Of a DNA stretch of 33,799 nt, positions 32,801-33,799 are shown one piece after another. The position numbers and the translations under genes were made by a program. The DNA lies in NCBI GenBank assembly GCA_032718475.1, contig JAUCBJ010008131.1, forward strand, positions 1 to 33,799, written 5' to 3'. The number at the start of each line of letters is the position of its first letter. Within the stretch, counting starts at the first letter, position 1. The notes under the pieces were generated by a model. That model was not told the DNA's origin. It was given only the letters and a program-made list of their open reading frames with translations, and did no database searches. Source of the DNA: Nemertoderma westbladi. Taxonomy: Eukaryota; Animalia; Xenacoelomorpha.

Positions 32801-33507
32801 ATCCACCCGATATAAGACATAGCAACACACCGCACACAAAGCCTTTGTCGATCCCAGCAAGTTAGCCTCCTGCTGTGTGATCTTTTATATCCAAATAATC
32901 TCTGATGGTTGCGCATAAAAATTTTGCTTACTATTACATAATTATATTAGTATTAGGACTATTTATCCTTAATAATTATATTAGAATTATAAATGTATTT
33001 ACCCCCACATTATTTATTACTATTAGGTCTATTTATTCAAGAAATTATATGTTTTTATAATATACTTTGGAAAATTAGTCGACTAAGTCATAATTTTTAA
33101 AACTTTAAATACGGGTTGAGTTATTTTATAAAGTTAAGAAGAATGAAGCAATAGAGGGAGCCTGAAGTCTAATCTCTTGGCCTTTACTCATATTAACTCC
33201 CATGGTTGCATACTATCACTATAGCCGGGAGAGTCAAAGCTAGAGTGTATGCTAGAGTTATCCAAGAGCTAGGAAAAAGATTAATGCTCTTCTAGGGTCC
33301 AAACTCACATCCCTCCAATTAGAGAATTAAGCAAATGACCAGCTTGAAGGCCTTAGACCCTTAATCGGAGGCATCGAGCAGACAATGAGAGAGCAGATGC
33401 GAGTACAGTGGTAAAGCCCATCCATGGTGAGATAACGTCACACTAACTCTCAAGGATAGTTACACTCACCATTCAAATATCCCCCGCAAACCAGATTCCC
33501 CCAACAT
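23815..33507 (-). CDS. SPPL3: Signal peptide peptidase-like 3 (GxGD intramembrane aspartyl protease). Exons 33507-33470, 26958-26831, 26725-26600, 25916-25722, 25089-24983, 24725-24565, 24223-23815; 387 aa
   Basis: All junctions are GT..AG with compatible phases (1164 nt total). Catalytic motifs [19 protein letters not shown] and QPALLY. SPPL3-specific [39 protein letters not shown] and KGDLRRMW. Exon 1 is less certain than exons 2-7. Confidence 0.92.
27308..27666. repeat. Cluster of ~7 degenerate 14-bp palindromes TTCYTAWWTARGAA (probable MITE remnant)
   Basis: Copies near 27317, 27340, 27361, 27557, 27583, 27607 and 27638. Confidence 0.5.
27812..28118. repeat. ~300-bp fold-back with a 30-bp perfect (~50-bp imperfect) inverted repeat and ~10 TGACAC/GTGTCA motifs
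   Basis: GCCGGCTCTGCGACAGTTGGACCTCACTGA at 27817-27846 is the reverse complement of 28083-28112. Confidence 0.93.
28841..28938 (+). promoter_or_regulatory. Pol II promoter of the 570-aa gene
   Basis: CRE TGACGTCA at 28841-28848, two inverted CCAAT boxes CTGATTGG (ATTGG at 28865 and 28906), TATA-like TATAATA at 28932-28938, and Kozak-like cACGATGG at the ATG. Confidence 0.65.
29063..30775 (+). CDS. Intronless 570-aa uncharacterised protein; putative tandem PC4/PUR-like ssDNA-binding modules and C-terminal NLS
   Basis: Uninterrupted 1713-nt ORF in AT-rich surroundings. aa416-460 [27 protein letters not shown] and aa277-321 [20 protein letters not shown]...[17 protein letters not shown] resemble the PC4 pattern VSVRDFKGKVLIDIREYW..KGISLNPEQW. 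The C-terminus has KRKL and PKRVKP. The ORF is well supported, the product call is tentative. Confidence 0.8.
   Translation: MAHSEISYSGNDLVCNENQFMLQDNSFGLYFDPANKLFPLTINTTLNQPIPIPANYAHFIFRACYELHDGQYQTLDDNKLHSSNHGFKLLKRANKITFNLTTSPETFTIPTSIVDFIRKNINQDVANRLLGLTTLVTSFFSDDRLFDFHSIANSILLLIWNSSTPTEEEETRFFKLFDKDVLAFGEKLNELTCFFANKVSYYFGFNYRVGTYGSINPVKPLELIKMEDTVNSSWITFSVACANLFQQYVNICRPFINPTTHLVLKPGNWVAFDYCTFGFVTNIRNERNLAITNGYEVDDGKAIVSSRGMILLTPTEVGELKWFDSAIEDSECVCYDEVNVYKDNIFERISIQSCISDSEIDLQITERKFNESFTIANTIQAREALIRFKAMAIQFAFKPKQITIPNHQRNLINSSIAAFIYKFKSEKYVGIWPILMKDEENTTFQFTNGLNIKGSDFLTINITNPPNSHYYLSPYIHIENKPTEMIFTNTKNTNTITLSNDFTIARLFELLKCSLREGIFLPQQTHLNLFHPPRKGYLNKLLKRKLSQPLIVSDPKRVKPNVTLGDQQPY
30794..30799 (+). 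terminator. Polyadenylation signal ATTAAA with downstream GT/T-rich element
   Basis: Lies 18 nt after the stop of 29063-30775 and is followed by TTTTGTTATTGTTGATGTT. Confidence 0.55.
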
Positions 33508-33799
33508 CTAAAGTAATCCACTTCAATGTAAAATATATAATGCAATATAACTCGAATATTTCTGTTTTTATAATATAAATAATAATTGTAACATAAATTT
33601 ATAATTTAACATAAATATAATGTGAAAATTCACTTTAACATAGAGTAACTAAACTAAACACAAAATAGGATAACAGATGGTCACGGGTTCAATCCCTACT
33701 CGCGACCAATATAAAACCAACACAAAATAAGTTAAACATAGAATAACTAGAGTACCTAAACTAAACACAAAATAGGATAAACAGATGGTCACAGGTTCG
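31031..33799. repeat. Local dispersed repeats: 31031-31099 ~ 32086-32154; 31921-32062 ~ 32405-32548; inverted partial copies at 33651-33708 and 33758-33799
   Basis: Direct sequence matches. The second family contains a B-box-like GGTTCAATCCC and the palindrome GGGTCATAATGACCC. Confidence 0.8.
33470..33507 (-). CDS. SPPL3: Predicted SPPL3 coding exon 1 ([13 protein letters not shown])
   Basis: ATG, 38 nt, and consensus donor TG|GTGAGT in phase 2. It completes the Trp codon with the first G of exon 2, giving FEW-LYSVVD (compare the YSW-AYSLVD start of vertebrate SPPL3). Confidence 0.65.

Noticed and set aside
33660-33710. tRNA gene
   Set aside because: Only a T-arm/B-box-like 3' part is present, with no D-arm, anticodon arm or acceptor stem pairing.

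Overview
This is repeat-rich eukaryotic (invertebrate-like) genomic DNA, not prokaryotic. The host genes are a 7-exon SPPL3 gene (minus strand, 23815-33507, 387 aa when spliced) and two tandem, intronless, frameshifted SLC18B1-like MFS transporter copies (1065-4224). Most of the rest is nested mobile DNA. A decayed Ty3/Gypsy gag-protease remnant is interrupted by an RTE-like LINE 3' end. Two head-to-head Penelope-like element ends each carry a minimal hammerhead ribozyme, one with a U3:A8 core variant. A deleted P-superfamily THAP transposon (27-bp TIRs, 7-bp TSD) contains a very recent full-length Gypsy element (identical 486-bp LTRs, CACG TSD, tRNA-Pro PBS, one nonsense codon in pol). There are also several MITEs and three minisatellites. 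The most interesting part lies in SPPL3 intron 1: a Polinton/Maverick-like terminus (AGTAGTAG plus a 300-bp fold-back), followed by an intact, intronless, antisense 570-aa gene with its own CRE/CCAAT/TATA promoter and polyA signal. That protein appears to be built from tandem PC4/PUR-like ssDNA-binding modules, which is an inference by eye and needs a profile or structure search.
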